IMG/VR virus record: IMGVR_UViG_3300045988_134234
Span: 1-55,008 of that record
Length of the DNA stretch: 55,008 nucleotides
Strand: one strand, 5' to 3'
Origin: a virus
Taxonomy: Duplodnaviria; Heunggongvirae; Uroviricota; Caudoviricetes
Part shown: positions 45,550 through 55,008 of the stretch, in pieces
Layout: each line of letters opens with the position of its first letter
Position numbering within the stretch: position 1 is the first letter of the stretch
Made by a program: the position numbers and the translations under genes
Notes under the pieces: generated by a model
Told to the model about the DNA's origin: nothing
Database searches by the model: none
The model's input: only the letters and a program-made list of their open reading frames with translations

Positions 45550-46497
45550 TCATCCCCGAAAGCCCTCCGGAATTGACCAGTCTTCCCGGTCAAATTCAGA
45601 CCTATAGCCACGCTGTTTCATCAGGTCAAATGCTTCATTGATGGTTGCACATCCCTGGGAAGCAGAATAATCCATAGAGAAATCCAGGGCGCTGGATCGT
45701 TTGGGCTTATTCACTGTGGTAGCACTACGTAACCATGCAAATTTTTTTGCCAGTTTTTCAGCGGTACGATACAGAGCCTGCCGTTTTGCGTACCCCTCGT
45801 CTGAACGACGCTTTGCAGCTCTCGCTTTTGCTGCCGCCAGGCAGTGGTTGGTATGTTCTTCCCTGATTACTGTCAAGCCATTATCCGCTTGAGAACTATC
45901 TGCTGGTGAAGCCTTTGGCTGAACCGCGCATGATCTTTCTCTTCTTTTGGCTATAGAGTGACTCTTATTTTCTATTGGCTGTTCATTTTGAACATGGGGG
46001 GACTTGTTCAATTTGAACAGGGGGTTCCCAGTTTCAAAAAAATAACGAACCTTTGAAATCAACTGCTTAACCAGTTTTGTGGCGTTGGCAAATTTGATGC
46101 CCTGCTTACTCCCTATCTCCATTGCTACATGAATGAAGTGGAGAAATTGTGTTGTAAACCGGTACACGTTACACACCTGAGCATTGTTATTCGCTACCTG
46201 ATGCTGCTTAACAAGCATTCCGCACTTCGTCGCTTCGGTAAATGCCCGGCGCACAGTAGAAATACTGCGTCCTGTAATCTCGGACATATCAGCATATGAG
46301 CGACGGATCATGTATTCATCGGTAGCTCCTGCCAGGTTGGCGAACTCGGCAATAATGGCGCTATGTGAAGGGGAAAGAAAACCGCTATGACGAGCAAAAA
46401 AACTCAACTGATGACCTTTGATTTTTTTGTGGTATTCAGTGTTGTTTTTATACTCAGAAGTGTTGAAAGTAACTGAAACTGAATTTAAAATACTCAC
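45550..46497 (-). CDS. HTH-containing protein; candidate replication initiator (speculative)
   Basis: HTH-like MSEITGRSISTVRRAFTEATKCGML; own operator-bearing promoter; repeats downstream. Confidence 0.3.
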   Translation of the reverse strand: MSILNSVSVTFNTSEYKNNTEYHKKIKGHQLSFFARHSGFLSPSHSAIIAEFANLAGATDEYMIRRSYADMSEITGRSISTVRRAFTEATKCGMLVKQHQVANNNAQVCNVYRFTTQFLHFIHVAMEIGSKQGIKFANATKLVKQLISKVRYFFETGNPLFKLNKSPHVQNEQPIENKSHSIAKRRERSCAVQPKASPADSSQADNGLTVIREEHTNHCLAAAKARAAKRRSDEGYAKRQALYRTAEKLAKKFAWLRSATTVNKPKRSSALDFSMDYSASQGCATINEAFDLMKQRGYRSEFDREDWSIPEGFRG

Positions 46498-46669
46498 CAG
46501 ATAGTTCCGTGAAAAATCTATCTACCGTATAAATCTATGCCAGTGGATTTATACACCCAAAAGCCGCTACTCAGCGGCTTTTGCTTTTTTTGGCAGTCGC
46601 TACCGAAGCAGTGACCGCGATCCTACTCGATCACGTGCCGTCGGATCAACAGTGTATAAAAACACACTG

Positions 46670-46693
46670 TGTTAGAAAATTAAGCTAGCTTTT
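46670..46693. promoter_or_regulatory. operator-like motif TGTTAGAAAATTAAGCTAGC
   Basis: In the 200-bp gap upstream of the 46497 start. Confidence 0.45.
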
Positions 46694-46696
46694 AGC

Positions 46697-47695
46697 TCAC
46701 ATCCTCTTAGACACAAAGATCAGCGGAGTCACCGTCTTGTTCTCTTTCACCGGTATTTCTTGTTGTTTATTGGCTGATATTGGCAGACCATAAGTGGCAT
46801 TAGCCCCTAGGGATTCAAGCATCGCTGCGACAATGCGTGCATCATCCTCTGACTGCATACGGCAGAGCGCCCGGCGCTGTTCTGCGCTGATAAAAACAGG
46901 CATTTCCTGGATAGCATCACGCAAAATACGGCGGCATTTCTTCGCGTTCTCCCCCTGGCTTTCCATCATCGCGGCCTGGTCGCGTAGTTTGTCGCGAAGC
47001 TGCATATTTTCCACTTCAAGATGTATCAGTTCCGACTCCAGAACTTCACGTTGTGCTGATTCGAATATGGCTTGCTGACTCTTCATTGCTGAAAAGTGGT
47101 GAACCAGATCCGTAGCAGCATTATCGGTAAAACCTTGTTCGATAAGTGCCGCATGAATCGCCGCGTCGCGTTCTTCTGCTGATTCAAGCATCAGGCTTTT
47201 CTTGTCGAGGCTGATATAGTTAGGCACAGTTACGTAATCAAAACCGTGAAAAGACTTTACCAGGGATACAGAGTAATCTGGACCAGATGTAGCCCATGAC
47301 CAACCACCTGCGCCAGAATTAATCATACCCTGAACAATACGTCCGGTGTCCGTATCCAGTATTTCCTGTGTATGGGTAACAATGCCGTTGTCGTCAATTG
47401 AAATGTCGATAGTCCTGTTTGACGGCACGTTCTCCAATACAACAGGCTTCCCATCTACCATCACAACAGAGACTTCCGGCAAGTCCAGGCTTTTCGTTTT
47501 GTTATAGTGCATCGCCCGGCGACCATGACCGTAATAACCATACATCTCACCCAGTGCGATACGCTCTTTTGTTTCTGGCGAGTTGAATGTGTCTCGTACC
47601 GACTGGATAACGTAATTGCGATTGTTCTGAGGTGTGTGTTTGCGGATTTTCTCTACCAGGGAGAAGCGATCCGTAACGGTATTCAGTGATTGCAT
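46697..47695 (-). CDS. putative prohead protease/scaffold-like protein (Pro-like position)
   Basis: Globular N-terminal half plus C-terminal coiled coil; adjacent to portal-sized gene; assignment by context only. Confidence 0.3.
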   Translation of the reverse strand: MQSLNTVTDRFSLVEKIRKHTPQNNRNYVIQSVRDTFNSPETKERIALGEMYGYYGHGRRAMHYNKTKSLDLPEVSVVMVDGKPVVLENVPSNRTIDISIDDNGIVTHTQEILDTDTGRIVQGMINSGAGGWSWATSGPDYSVSLVKSFHGFDYVTVPNYISLDKKSLMLESAEERDAAIHAALIEQGFTDNAATDLVHHFSAMKSQQAIFESAQREVLESELIHLEVENMQLRDKLRDQAAMMESQGENAKKCRRILRDAIQEMPVFISAEQRRALCRMQSEDDARIVAAMLESLGANATYGLPISANKQQEIPVKENKTVTPLIFVSKRM

Positions 47696-47708
47696 TATTT
47701 CCCTCCGG

Positions 47709-49394
47709 TTAATTATTGCTCATCACAAATTTTGCAAAGTTGATTAATTGTTCTTGCGTCCAGTTTTCCGGATCGTCACCGGACGACAACGGCGCGGATT
47801 CGTACATACCATGCTCGTTGTTTTGCTCTGATTCATTCGCCTTAAACTCTTTGATCATTACGTTGAGAGTGTCATCGTCGATACGAAGCTGTTCGGTGAA
47901 CAGATAACGCATAAACGCGTCGCTACCCGCCAGTTTCGGGTTGTTCTGGATCTGGTCCATTATTTGCGAGATGACAGCTACGAAGTTGGCGCGCGCATCC
48001 AGCTCTCGGTTTTCCTCTTCCTGGATAGCTGTGTTCATTGAGTTGAATTGCACGTCATAAGGACGGTTTTTTTCGGTGTAAACCTTCCCGTATTTATAAG
48101 CGAGGTGAATGTCATGAAGCCGATAAATAGTTCGCTGGGCGGCCTGTCTGATCCAGTTCGCACGTAATGCGGCCTGGATAGCTGTTTGCTGCCAACCGCC
48201 TTCTCCAAGTCCCCCACTCATCTGATCAGCCCAGCCAAGCATTGTTGCGTCAATGCCGAGGCTTGCCGCGAGCTGTCGGAGATGAAACATAACGTCTTCG
48301 ATACCACTGATATCTGCGGGTATAGATTGCGTATCAATGGTGATCCCGTTCTTCCCATCCCCCATGACAGGTATCAGATGGTTAAGTACAGATGGGAGAG
48401 CATTAGAATTAATCGACCGTTGCGCTACGAGGTCGCTATGGCGCTTCAGCGCCTGGCTGACCCCGCGCGTATAATTCGCCGCGTTTACCGGATCTATCGT
48501 GTTCGTTGTGAGTGCAATCAGGCGATCAATTTTTGCAGCGTTGTTTCGCGTTGCTTTCAGCGCAGCAAGCGCGGCACATAAATTCAGGTAGGGTTCATAA
48601 CTGTATTCAAGAAACGACGTACCGTAGTTCTGCGTCTCCATTAACGGCTTGTCCTGCTGTTCACTAAGCAAGGAATAGCCTTTAGTGCCGTAAGTTACTG
48701 GCATTACTTTATGCTGAGGCGTCCAGTACGGGTTTTTCATGGAAACCAGATTCCACGGTTCGGTTATAACTCTGCGCAAAGTATGCGTATCCAGAATATA
48801 ATCACCGCTGAATCCGACAAGTTGGCTACCGCGATAAAACTCCTGAATGAAATGAGGGAGCGTGTAATAGCTCGACTCAATTCCAGTTATCCCCTTCCCT
48901 TGCTCTGCATATGGACGGATATACGACACACCGAAAATAGCCATGATCATGGCCCACGATGGCAGGCCATCATTAATCATTGAGCTTAAATCAGCGGTCA
49001 ATTCCTCACATCGACTTACAGCCTCCTTATCCGCCCCATTTTTCGGAGCGAGAATAAATGCGAGGCCTGTTTTTTTTGATGGAGCCAGAGAATGCGCAAT
49101 GTGAATGTTTAATGCTGTGGAGATAGTCGGACTTTTCGCCATCGTCTCCAGTATGTTGTATTTTTGCAGGCGGTCACTCGGTAATTCTGCCGATATAGAT
49201 ACTGTATCCGCCGCGCTTGTCATGCCATCGCTATTGCTCCCCAGGATGCCAGGACGCAAGGCGGACAGGCCAGAACGAGCAACGACGCTATGCCCGCTCG
49301 CAAATACGACCGGATCGGCAGGCGTAACATCACCACCGCTGAAGGCTTTCTTCAATGCCGACAGAAAGCCCTTGTTTTTGTCTTTCGTTGCCAT
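47709..49394 (-). CDS. putative portal protein (Prt-like position)
   Basis: 561 aa; size and position next to protease-like gene; no motif-level proof. Confidence 0.3.
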   Translation of the reverse strand: MATKDKNKGFLSALKKAFSGGDVTPADPVVFASGHSVVARSGLSALRPGILGSNSDGMTSAADTVSISAELPSDRLQKYNILETMAKSPTISTALNIHIAHSLAPSKKTGLAFILAPKNGADKEAVSRCEELTADLSSMINDGLPSWAMIMAIFGVSYIRPYAEQGKGITGIESSYYTLPHFIQEFYRGSQLVGFSGDYILDTHTLRRVITEPWNLVSMKNPYWTPQHKVMPVTYGTKGYSLLSEQQDKPLMETQNYGTSFLEYSYEPYLNLCAALAALKATRNNAAKIDRLIALTTNTIDPVNAANYTRGVSQALKRHSDLVAQRSINSNALPSVLNHLIPVMGDGKNGITIDTQSIPADISGIEDVMFHLRQLAASLGIDATMLGWADQMSGGLGEGGWQQTAIQAALRANWIRQAAQRTIYRLHDIHLAYKYGKVYTEKNRPYDVQFNSMNTAIQEEENRELDARANFVAVISQIMDQIQNNPKLAGSDAFMRYLFTEQLRIDDDTLNVMIKEFKANESEQNNEHGMYESAPLSSGDDPENWTQEQLINFAKFVMSNN

Positions 49395-49626
49395 GATTCA
49401 CCGCAAAAGGTTTCCGATTTCGTGGCAGCTTATCCAGTGTGTGATTTCATCAGTAATTTTTCGTTGTTTTCACCATATGCTGATGTTTTTTCATATGCGG
49501 AAATGCTTTTCCAAAAACGCAACCACCAAACAAATAAGTTATGTTTATAAACATTTTTGTTGTGTTTTATGTCTTTTGTGTTACTATTCTTATCGCCCAT
49601 GATGGATAAATTGCATAAGGAAACTT

Positions 49627-49809
49627 GTGAAGTATTCAGAGTTCAAACGCTGGTTAATCCAGCAAGGGGCAGAGTTCAGGAAAGCGCCAGGTGGCGGCAG
49701 TCATCAGAAAGTGAACCTGAACGGAAAGCGGTCGGTTTTCCCGGACCACGGTTCAAAGGAAATGCCTGAACCGCTACGCAAGAAAATAATGAAGGACCTG
49801 GGGCTTTAA
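49627..49809 (+). CDS. hicA: HicA toxin (mRNA interferase)
   Basis: 60 aa; KYSEFKRWLIQQGAEF...GGSHQKV...PLRKKIMKDLGL matches recalled HicA; GTG start after AAGGA. Confidence 0.85.
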   Translation: MKYSEFKRWLIQQGAEFRKAPGGGSHQKVNLNGKRSVFPDHGSKEMPEPLRKKIMKDLGL

Positions 49810-49839
49810 GCCCCAGCCTTTTTCACTAGGAGCTTCTCT

Positions 49840-50271
49840 ATGTTTAACTATCCGGTAAAACTGGAGCGCGACGACAAAACCGGCGCGTATGTCGTATCAT
49901 GCCGCGACCTACCATTGTTTAATTCCGTGGGTGACTCAGTTGAAGAAGCGTTGCTTGAGGCTGGTTATGGATTGGTCGCAGCGGTTGCGATTGAGATTGA
50001 AGAACGCCGACCTGTTCCCACTGGTAGCGAGCCAAAAGAAGGTGAGTACGTTGTCTCTTTGCCAGTGCTACCAGCAATGAAGGCTGCACTCCACAACGCG
50101 ATGATAGAAACCGGCACACGCAAAGCAGAGTTGGCGCGCAAACTCGGAAAAAATGGAACACAGATTGATCGGCTTCTCGACGTCGAACATTCATCGAAAG
50201 TTGAAACTGTCGAGCTGGCACTGCATCAACTGAATAAAAATATCGCCGTATCTGTCACACCAATGCGGTGA
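49840..50271 (+). CDS. hicB: HicB antitoxin
   Basis: N-terminal MFNYPVKLERDDKTGAYVVSCRDLP HicB fold signature plus C-terminal HTH-like region (ELARKLGKNGTQIDRLL). Confidence 0.8.
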   Translation: MFNYPVKLERDDKTGAYVVSCRDLPLFNSVGDSVEEALLEAGYGLVAAVAIEIEERRPVPTGSEPKEGEYVVSLPVLPAMKAALHNAMIETGTRKAELARKLGKNGTQIDRLLDVEHSSKVETVELALHQLNKNIAVSVTPMR

Positions 50272-50383
50272 CTGCTCCCCGCCCTGGCTGGGCGAGGATT
50301 TACGGGGTATTTGTTAAAAACGCTCTATTCAAAGAAGAAATACCGAATCCCCCGGAGGTTATCCGGGGTGTCCGGTCGCCAGG

Positions 50384-51769
50384 TCAGGTTTCCAGCCCAA
50401 AATCGCTTTGTTCTGTTTTGGCTTCGAACATCGTGAAGTTAAGCCCTTTCCCCTCTCCATGTTCCAGTTCAATCTCATTAGAAACAGCGGTCAAAATACT
50501 ACGTAGATCGACATCTCCACCGCCGAACATATCGCCCAACGCCTGCTGTTTATGAATCAGTTCGTCGTTGATTTTTTGTGCCATTTTTTTGAATGCAGCC
50601 CCCATGCGCTTCGCGCTTCGATTATTTGCCACGATGAATAGCGCCAACGCCTCAGCTTCCGGCGTGCTATCACCGAAGAGTCCGCGCTGGGCTATCACCT
50701 CTTCCACTGCCTGACCGTTGTCTTTGGCTTCACGAACAAGGTTAATCGCGTCCTGGAGTGCTGCTATAGCCTGTTTATCCAGACCGTTCACCTGCTCTAT
50801 ACCATCAACCAGACCAGTTACAGCATCATGATGTGCATCGCCAGAAATCGACTGCATTTGCGCAAAGTCACTGGCTGCTGTATTAAGCGCGGTCAGGATA
50901 TTGCGCATTTCCGGATCCGGTTCTTCCGCCACAAGCCGAACAAGTCGCTCATCCTTATAGGCTTTGGCAAAAATCGCATTCTGAATGCGATCGATAAGCT
51001 GTTTCGTTGGACGTCCATCGGCTGTAAGCAAACCTGCCGTCGCCGTATCACCTATTTCGCGCAAAAACGCACGAATAAACGCATCATTGGACCGCGCCAG
51101 TAGATTTCCATCATCTGAAGGATTAAATAGCGCCATGACGCTCTCAGTGAGAAATTGCGCATCCGCATACGCTTTCTCACTTGCAGCCATCTCTTGCAGA
51201 TCGCTGATGTTTGAGTCGCGTGCAAATTGAGCACGATCAACGTCAGTGAGGCGCTCGCGAACCAGTACAGGCATCACCATTGCCCTGACGTCTTCGGGAT
51301 TAAGGCCAAACTCTTTAGCGTGATCGATAAGATATTGTCGGTAATCTTCAGCCTGCCCTTGTTCATAAGCACGCCAGATTCCCATGCTTCGACCATTACC
51401 AGACTCAACGACATTATCCGGACCAACAATCGGGGAACCATGACTACTCATACCCGAATCAGTGAGTTGTGCCGGGCGTAAATTGGCGGCGATACGGTTA
51501 ACCTGGAGCTTGCTTGACAGTCGGGTGCGATCGCGAGGCTGGAGTTCCTCCGGAAATGACGGATTTATACTTCCGTCCAGGTTGTTAGAAATGATGAGCT
51601 TTTTGGCATCAATAACCTTGAACGCTGTTTTAACTTCGTCGCCTTTGCTGGTGACGACATAGCTGCTACGCCCCAACTTCGTCTCTTGCTTTTCAAGAGA
51701 TGACACCACAGCGATAACCCCCTCAATGTTCGCTGCGGCCAGAAGTGCTGATGTTACGTTTTGAGTCAC
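50384..51769 (-). CDS. hypothetical protein (461 aa), last gene of DarA-like operon
   Basis: ORF in same-strand operon 54816 to 50384. Confidence 0.45.
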   Translation of the reverse strand: MTQNVTSALLAAANIEGVIAVVSSLEKQETKLGRSSYVVTSKGDEVKTAFKVIDAKKLIISNNLDGSINPSFPEELQPRDRTRLSSKLQVNRIAANLRPAQLTDSGMSSHGSPIVGPDNVVESGNGRSMGIWRAYEQGQAEDYRQYLIDHAKEFGLNPEDVRAMVMPVLVRERLTDVDRAQFARDSNISDLQEMAASEKAYADAQFLTESVMALFNPSDDGNLLARSNDAFIRAFLREIGDTATAGLLTADGRPTKQLIDRIQNAIFAKAYKDERLVRLVAEEPDPEMRNILTALNTAASDFAQMQSISGDAHHDAVTGLVDGIEQVNGLDKQAIAALQDAINLVREAKDNGQAVEEVIAQRGLFGDSTPEAEALALFIVANNRSAKRMGAAFKKMAQKINDELIHKQQALGDMFGGGDVDLRSILTAVSNEIELEHGEGKGLNFTMFEAKTEQSDFGLET

Positions 51770-51860
51770 AATTAACCACCTTTCTGTAAAAAAGGCAGTG
51801 TAAAAAGTGTGTTATTTCGCTGACTATTTTAAGAAGAAAGGGGCATTCTGCCCCTCTCTT

Positions 51861-52232
51861 TCACGCTGCATACCCGTTAGCTGAAACCCAGTTTACGGTC
51901 TGTTCTTTGGCCTGGTCGAGTGTCAAAAATTCACCAATATATTGAGATATGCCTCTCAAAGCATCGATGAACTCCATTTGTGATGATTTAGTAAATGCAC
52001 CACTAAGGAAGTCAGCAACAATTTTAGGCGTTTCTTGTGCCGCCGGTTGCACTTCCTCTTCTTGCTGTTGTGCTGGATTATTCGATGAACCAAGCCCCAG
52101 CTTCATCATCACTTCAACTATCCGCACGCCAATAGTGACACGTTGTACCGCAGTCGCGCTTTTTTGCGCTGACATCAGCTCAGACAGTTCTTTGCCTAAG
52201 CTAAGGCGCTCCGTTACTGATATTTTCACCAC
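51861..52232 (-). CDS. hypothetical protein (123 aa)
   Basis: ORF; overlaps upstream gene end. Confidence 0.4.
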   Translation of the reverse strand: MVKISVTERLSLGKELSELMSAQKSATAVQRVTIGVRIVEVMMKLGLGSSNNPAQQQEEEVQPAAQETPKIVADFLSGAFTKSSQMEFIDALRGISQYIGEFLTLDQAKEQTVNWVSANGYAA

Positions 52233-54178
52233 ACGCCCCCTTGTTGTATCTCTGCCAGAATGTTGATCAGGTGATCGGCTGCCGCACCGACAAGTGACTC
52301 GTTCTCATCATATCGACCTGCGTTGATAAGAACATTAGCTGCCTCCTGAATGCGATCAAACTCCGCTCTAATCACCGTCAAATCACGAGACGTAAACTGC
52401 AACGGCACGGATTTCAGATATTCCAGCGCACTGTCCGCCTCCTGATCAGCCTCACTAACTACTGGCCCATCTGAACCTGTATCAGACTCTTGGGGGGATT
52501 CAGGTTCAGACTCAGGTTCTGGTTCTTGTACAGCTTCCGGTGCCTGATCTAATGTCTGTTCAGCTTCGACTACTTCTGATTGATTCTGAAGCGCGTCATA
52601 GATATCCATTATAAAAAGGTTCTCCCCATCTCCAAGTGGATAAGCGACGTTAGGAAATGCTTTGCGGAAGAGGATTTTTATCTGCGCCTTAAAGGTTTTC
52701 AAGTCGCTTCCAAACAGATCAACATAGCCATCAATATGGTTCGACATACTGGACGCAACCAATTCGCCTGCAATCTCTTTCAATTCATCGTCACCAGGGA
52801 GATATAGCAACTCGTACTGACTGACTTCTTCGTCTGTCAGTTTGCGGTCATACGTAATGATTCCGTGACGAGCATATTCGTAATACGGATCAGCCTGATC
52901 AGGACGGTCAAGTACAGCTTTATTTCCTTCAGGAACCGCACCAACACCCGCCGGGCGAGATTGGAGCGCATAGCGATATTTACCAACTTCCAAGGGATCA
53001 GGATGTGATTCTGGTTGTGGCTCCTGTTCAGGCTGCGGCTGATCAGTTGGCTCAGGCTGGCCCGGCAACACATCCACTTTGTATTGATCAGCATTATGTT
53101 CACGATAGGCTTTAAGTAATTTGGTTGCAGCGTCCGCTGAACTCCCACCTTTAACAGCACTGACATCAATACTGAAATTGCCTTCTGGTGCCTCAATCGT
53201 GACAAAGCTATCACTGCCTGACGTGACATACTTAACTACAGCACCATTATCCAGCGTTGTTTGGCCTTCTGTAGCAAGATTATGTTTTATGTGTCGCAGT
53301 TGATCATTGAAGGCACGCTCTTTAGTTCCTTGGCTCTTAGCTGACAATAAATTATCGCGTTTAGCCTGCAATTCCGCGTTAAGGGCTTTTTGTGCGTCTA
53401 ATTTATTCTGCATATCATTGAGTGTTGAGCGTTTCTCTGCCAGCCCCCGCTGTGCGTCTTCAACCTGCTCAATCAGCACAGAACGTTCTTCTGCCAGCTT
53501 GTCGGCTTCATTGAGATACCCCTCAATATCAGCCTTCATTTTGTCCTGGCGCTCCTTTGCTTTTTTGAATTTTGCACTGTTACGCTCAATGAGGTTAGAA
53601 AGCGCCTGACACACCTGGCTCAGAGATACATCACGCCCACCGATTGGCGCAACAACATGCGTAACGTTTCTTTTGTTAAGAAGAAACTGAAACGCAACCA
53701 GCTCGTCATCCCCTTTAATTCTTGTGCCGTCTGCGGTTGGAGAATGGAAAATTATGCTTGTCGTTTGCCCATCGGTTAGAGGTATTTGTGCTGTTACAAC
53801 AGGGATATTAGCAACCCGGCGCACGCGCCCAATGATTGCCCCACCGATACTATTACGTCCGTCTTCATATTCACCTGCCTCATCCGTACCCGCAGCAATG
53901 TTAGTGCCATTCAGGCCGCGATTAAGCGCCCGGACAAATGCTCGCATTGTTTGCGCTAACCGCAATTTTGTTGTGGTTATAGCTTCGAACATTGCCTCAT
54001 TGGTAGTTACCAAAATTTCGTTGCCCATATAGGCCAGCTCGATATCTTCCAGCGTCGCAGGCTCGATAAGTAAATCATCCTCGGTGATATCTTCCGCCAC
54101 CCAACGATTAGGCGTATATCCAGTGAGCGTATCTGCAAAAGTGGACTGGATATTTATTCGAATAGGTTTCTTTATCAT
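52226..54178 (-). CDS. large acidic coiled-coil protein (DarA-like internal head protein by size and context; speculative)
   Basis: 650 aa; central coiled coil; Pro/Glu-rich linkers (PEPTDQPQPEQEPQPE; EPEPESEPESPQE). Confidence 0.3.
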   Translation of the reverse strand: MIKKPIRINIQSTFADTLTGYTPNRWVAEDITEDDLLIEPATLEDIELAYMGNEILVTTNEAMFEAITTTKLRLAQTMRAFVRALNRGLNGTNIAAGTDEAGEYEDGRNSIGGAIIGRVRRVANIPVVTAQIPLTDGQTTSIIFHSPTADGTRIKGDDELVAFQFLLNKRNVTHVVAPIGGRDVSLSQVCQALSNLIERNSAKFKKAKERQDKMKADIEGYLNEADKLAEERSVLIEQVEDAQRGLAEKRSTLNDMQNKLDAQKALNAELQAKRDNLLSAKSQGTKERAFNDQLRHIKHNLATEGQTTLDNGAVVKYVTSGSDSFVTIEAPEGNFSIDVSAVKGGSSADAATKLLKAYREHNADQYKVDVLPGQPEPTDQPQPEQEPQPESHPDPLEVGKYRYALQSRPAGVGAVPEGNKAVLDRPDQADPYYEYARHGIITYDRKLTDEEVSQYELLYLPGDDELKEIAGELVASSMSNHIDGYVDLFGSDLKTFKAQIKILFRKAFPNVAYPLGDGENLFIMDIYDALQNQSEVVEAEQTLDQAPEAVQEPEPESEPESPQESDTGSDGPVVSEADQEADSALEYLKSVPLQFTSRDLTVIRAEFDRIQEAANVLINAGRYDENESLVGAAADHLINILAEIQQGGVW

Positions 54179-54816
54179 GCATCTTCCTCCAGGCGCGCTA
54201 TTTCTTCTTTCAATACGCGAGTTTTCGCCAGTTCCTGCGCCATCTCGGTTCTAATGATTTCAGTTTCTCTTGTTGCGCGGTCTGAATTACCTTGCACCTG
54301 ATTTAATTTTTCTTTGGCCCTTTCAATATCCTCGCGGATCGCATCGCGAGATTCCTTTGCCTCTGCTAGTTTCTGCGCATTGGACTTAACGCCTTTTATT
54401 TTCTTATTTCCATCATCAATATCTTTCGCCGCACGAGCTAACTTACGCGCCAATGATTTCTGAAATGATGATGCGCCTTTATTAAATAAAGCAGCCAGTG
54501 ATTGCCCTAAAGCCGTCAGCGTTTTAACTGGCTTGAAAGGAACAATTTTTCCGTTCAGTTTTACACCAGAAATATCACCAGTATCATTAACCTGAACGTC
54601 CATCGTCTGCTCATCGATTCCGATAAGGGTAAACGTGCGCGTCATGATCCCGTCTTTCTTCCTGCCATTACTGGCGGGGATCACCCTCGCTATCTTGTAG
54701 CCTCCTTTACCGATTTCTTTGACGAGTTTTGCCAGCCCCTTTTCGTTTAACTCATCATAATTAAGAAGAACATAATTAGACTTATTTGACATTCCAGTCT
54801 CCTTCACACTTTTCAA
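54175..54816 (-). CDS. hypothetical coiled-coil protein (Hdf-like position; speculative)
   Basis: 213 aa; first gene of operon; overlaps next gene start. Confidence 0.3.
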   Translation of the reverse strand: MKSVKETGMSNKSNYVLLNYDELNEKGLAKLVKEIGKGGYKIARVIPASNGRKKDGIMTRTFTLIGIDEQTMDVQVNDTGDISGVKLNGKIVPFKPVKTLTALGQSLAALFNKGASSFQKSLARKLARAAKDIDDGNKKIKGVKSNAQKLAEAKESRDAIREDIERAKEKLNQVQGNSDRATRETEIIRTEMAQELAKTRVLKEEIARLEEDA

Positions 54817-54863
54817 TCATAAACTGGCGTTCTATGCAGTCATTGATAGGGAAAATGCGATAA

Positions 54864-55008
<145 letters not shown>

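Overview
This 55-kb window reads as a densely coded temperate-phage genome segment with P1-family hallmarks, mixed with lambdoid-type accessory genes and cargo modules. P1-like elements: a Cre-like tyrosine recombinase beside a 34-bp lox-like site, Phd/Doc, UmuD-like HumD behind a LexA box, a HolE(theta)-like Hot, PacA/PacB-like terminase with a GATC-rich pac-like cluster inside pacA, a 2283-aa DarB-like methyltransferase-helicase, a possible DarA-operon remnant, a Ref-like HNH nuclease, phage tRNAs (Ile2/Met-CAU, Ser-UGA, Thr-UGU, Asn-GUU) and two Icd/Ant-like immunity modules. Lambdoid-type genes include a Ser/Thr phosphatase, Ea22-like coiled-coil proteins, DUF551 and a small protein carrying a ClpX-type zinc-binding domain. 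Cargo includes HicAB, secreted morons, and a six-gene operon next to cre (dUTPase, a DUF2829/Tad2-like fusion, and a truncated TerL ATPase paralog with degenerate Walker motifs). A dispersed operator-like motif (TGTTAGAAAATTAA, often in inverted pairs) sits at many promoters, and a roughly 3-kb non-coding island (about 30.3-33.3 kb) holds the tRNAs plus a family of long imperfect hairpins. All homology statements are from reading the translations and recalled family signatures; no searches were run. Non-coding coordinates are approximate (about +/-2 nt).
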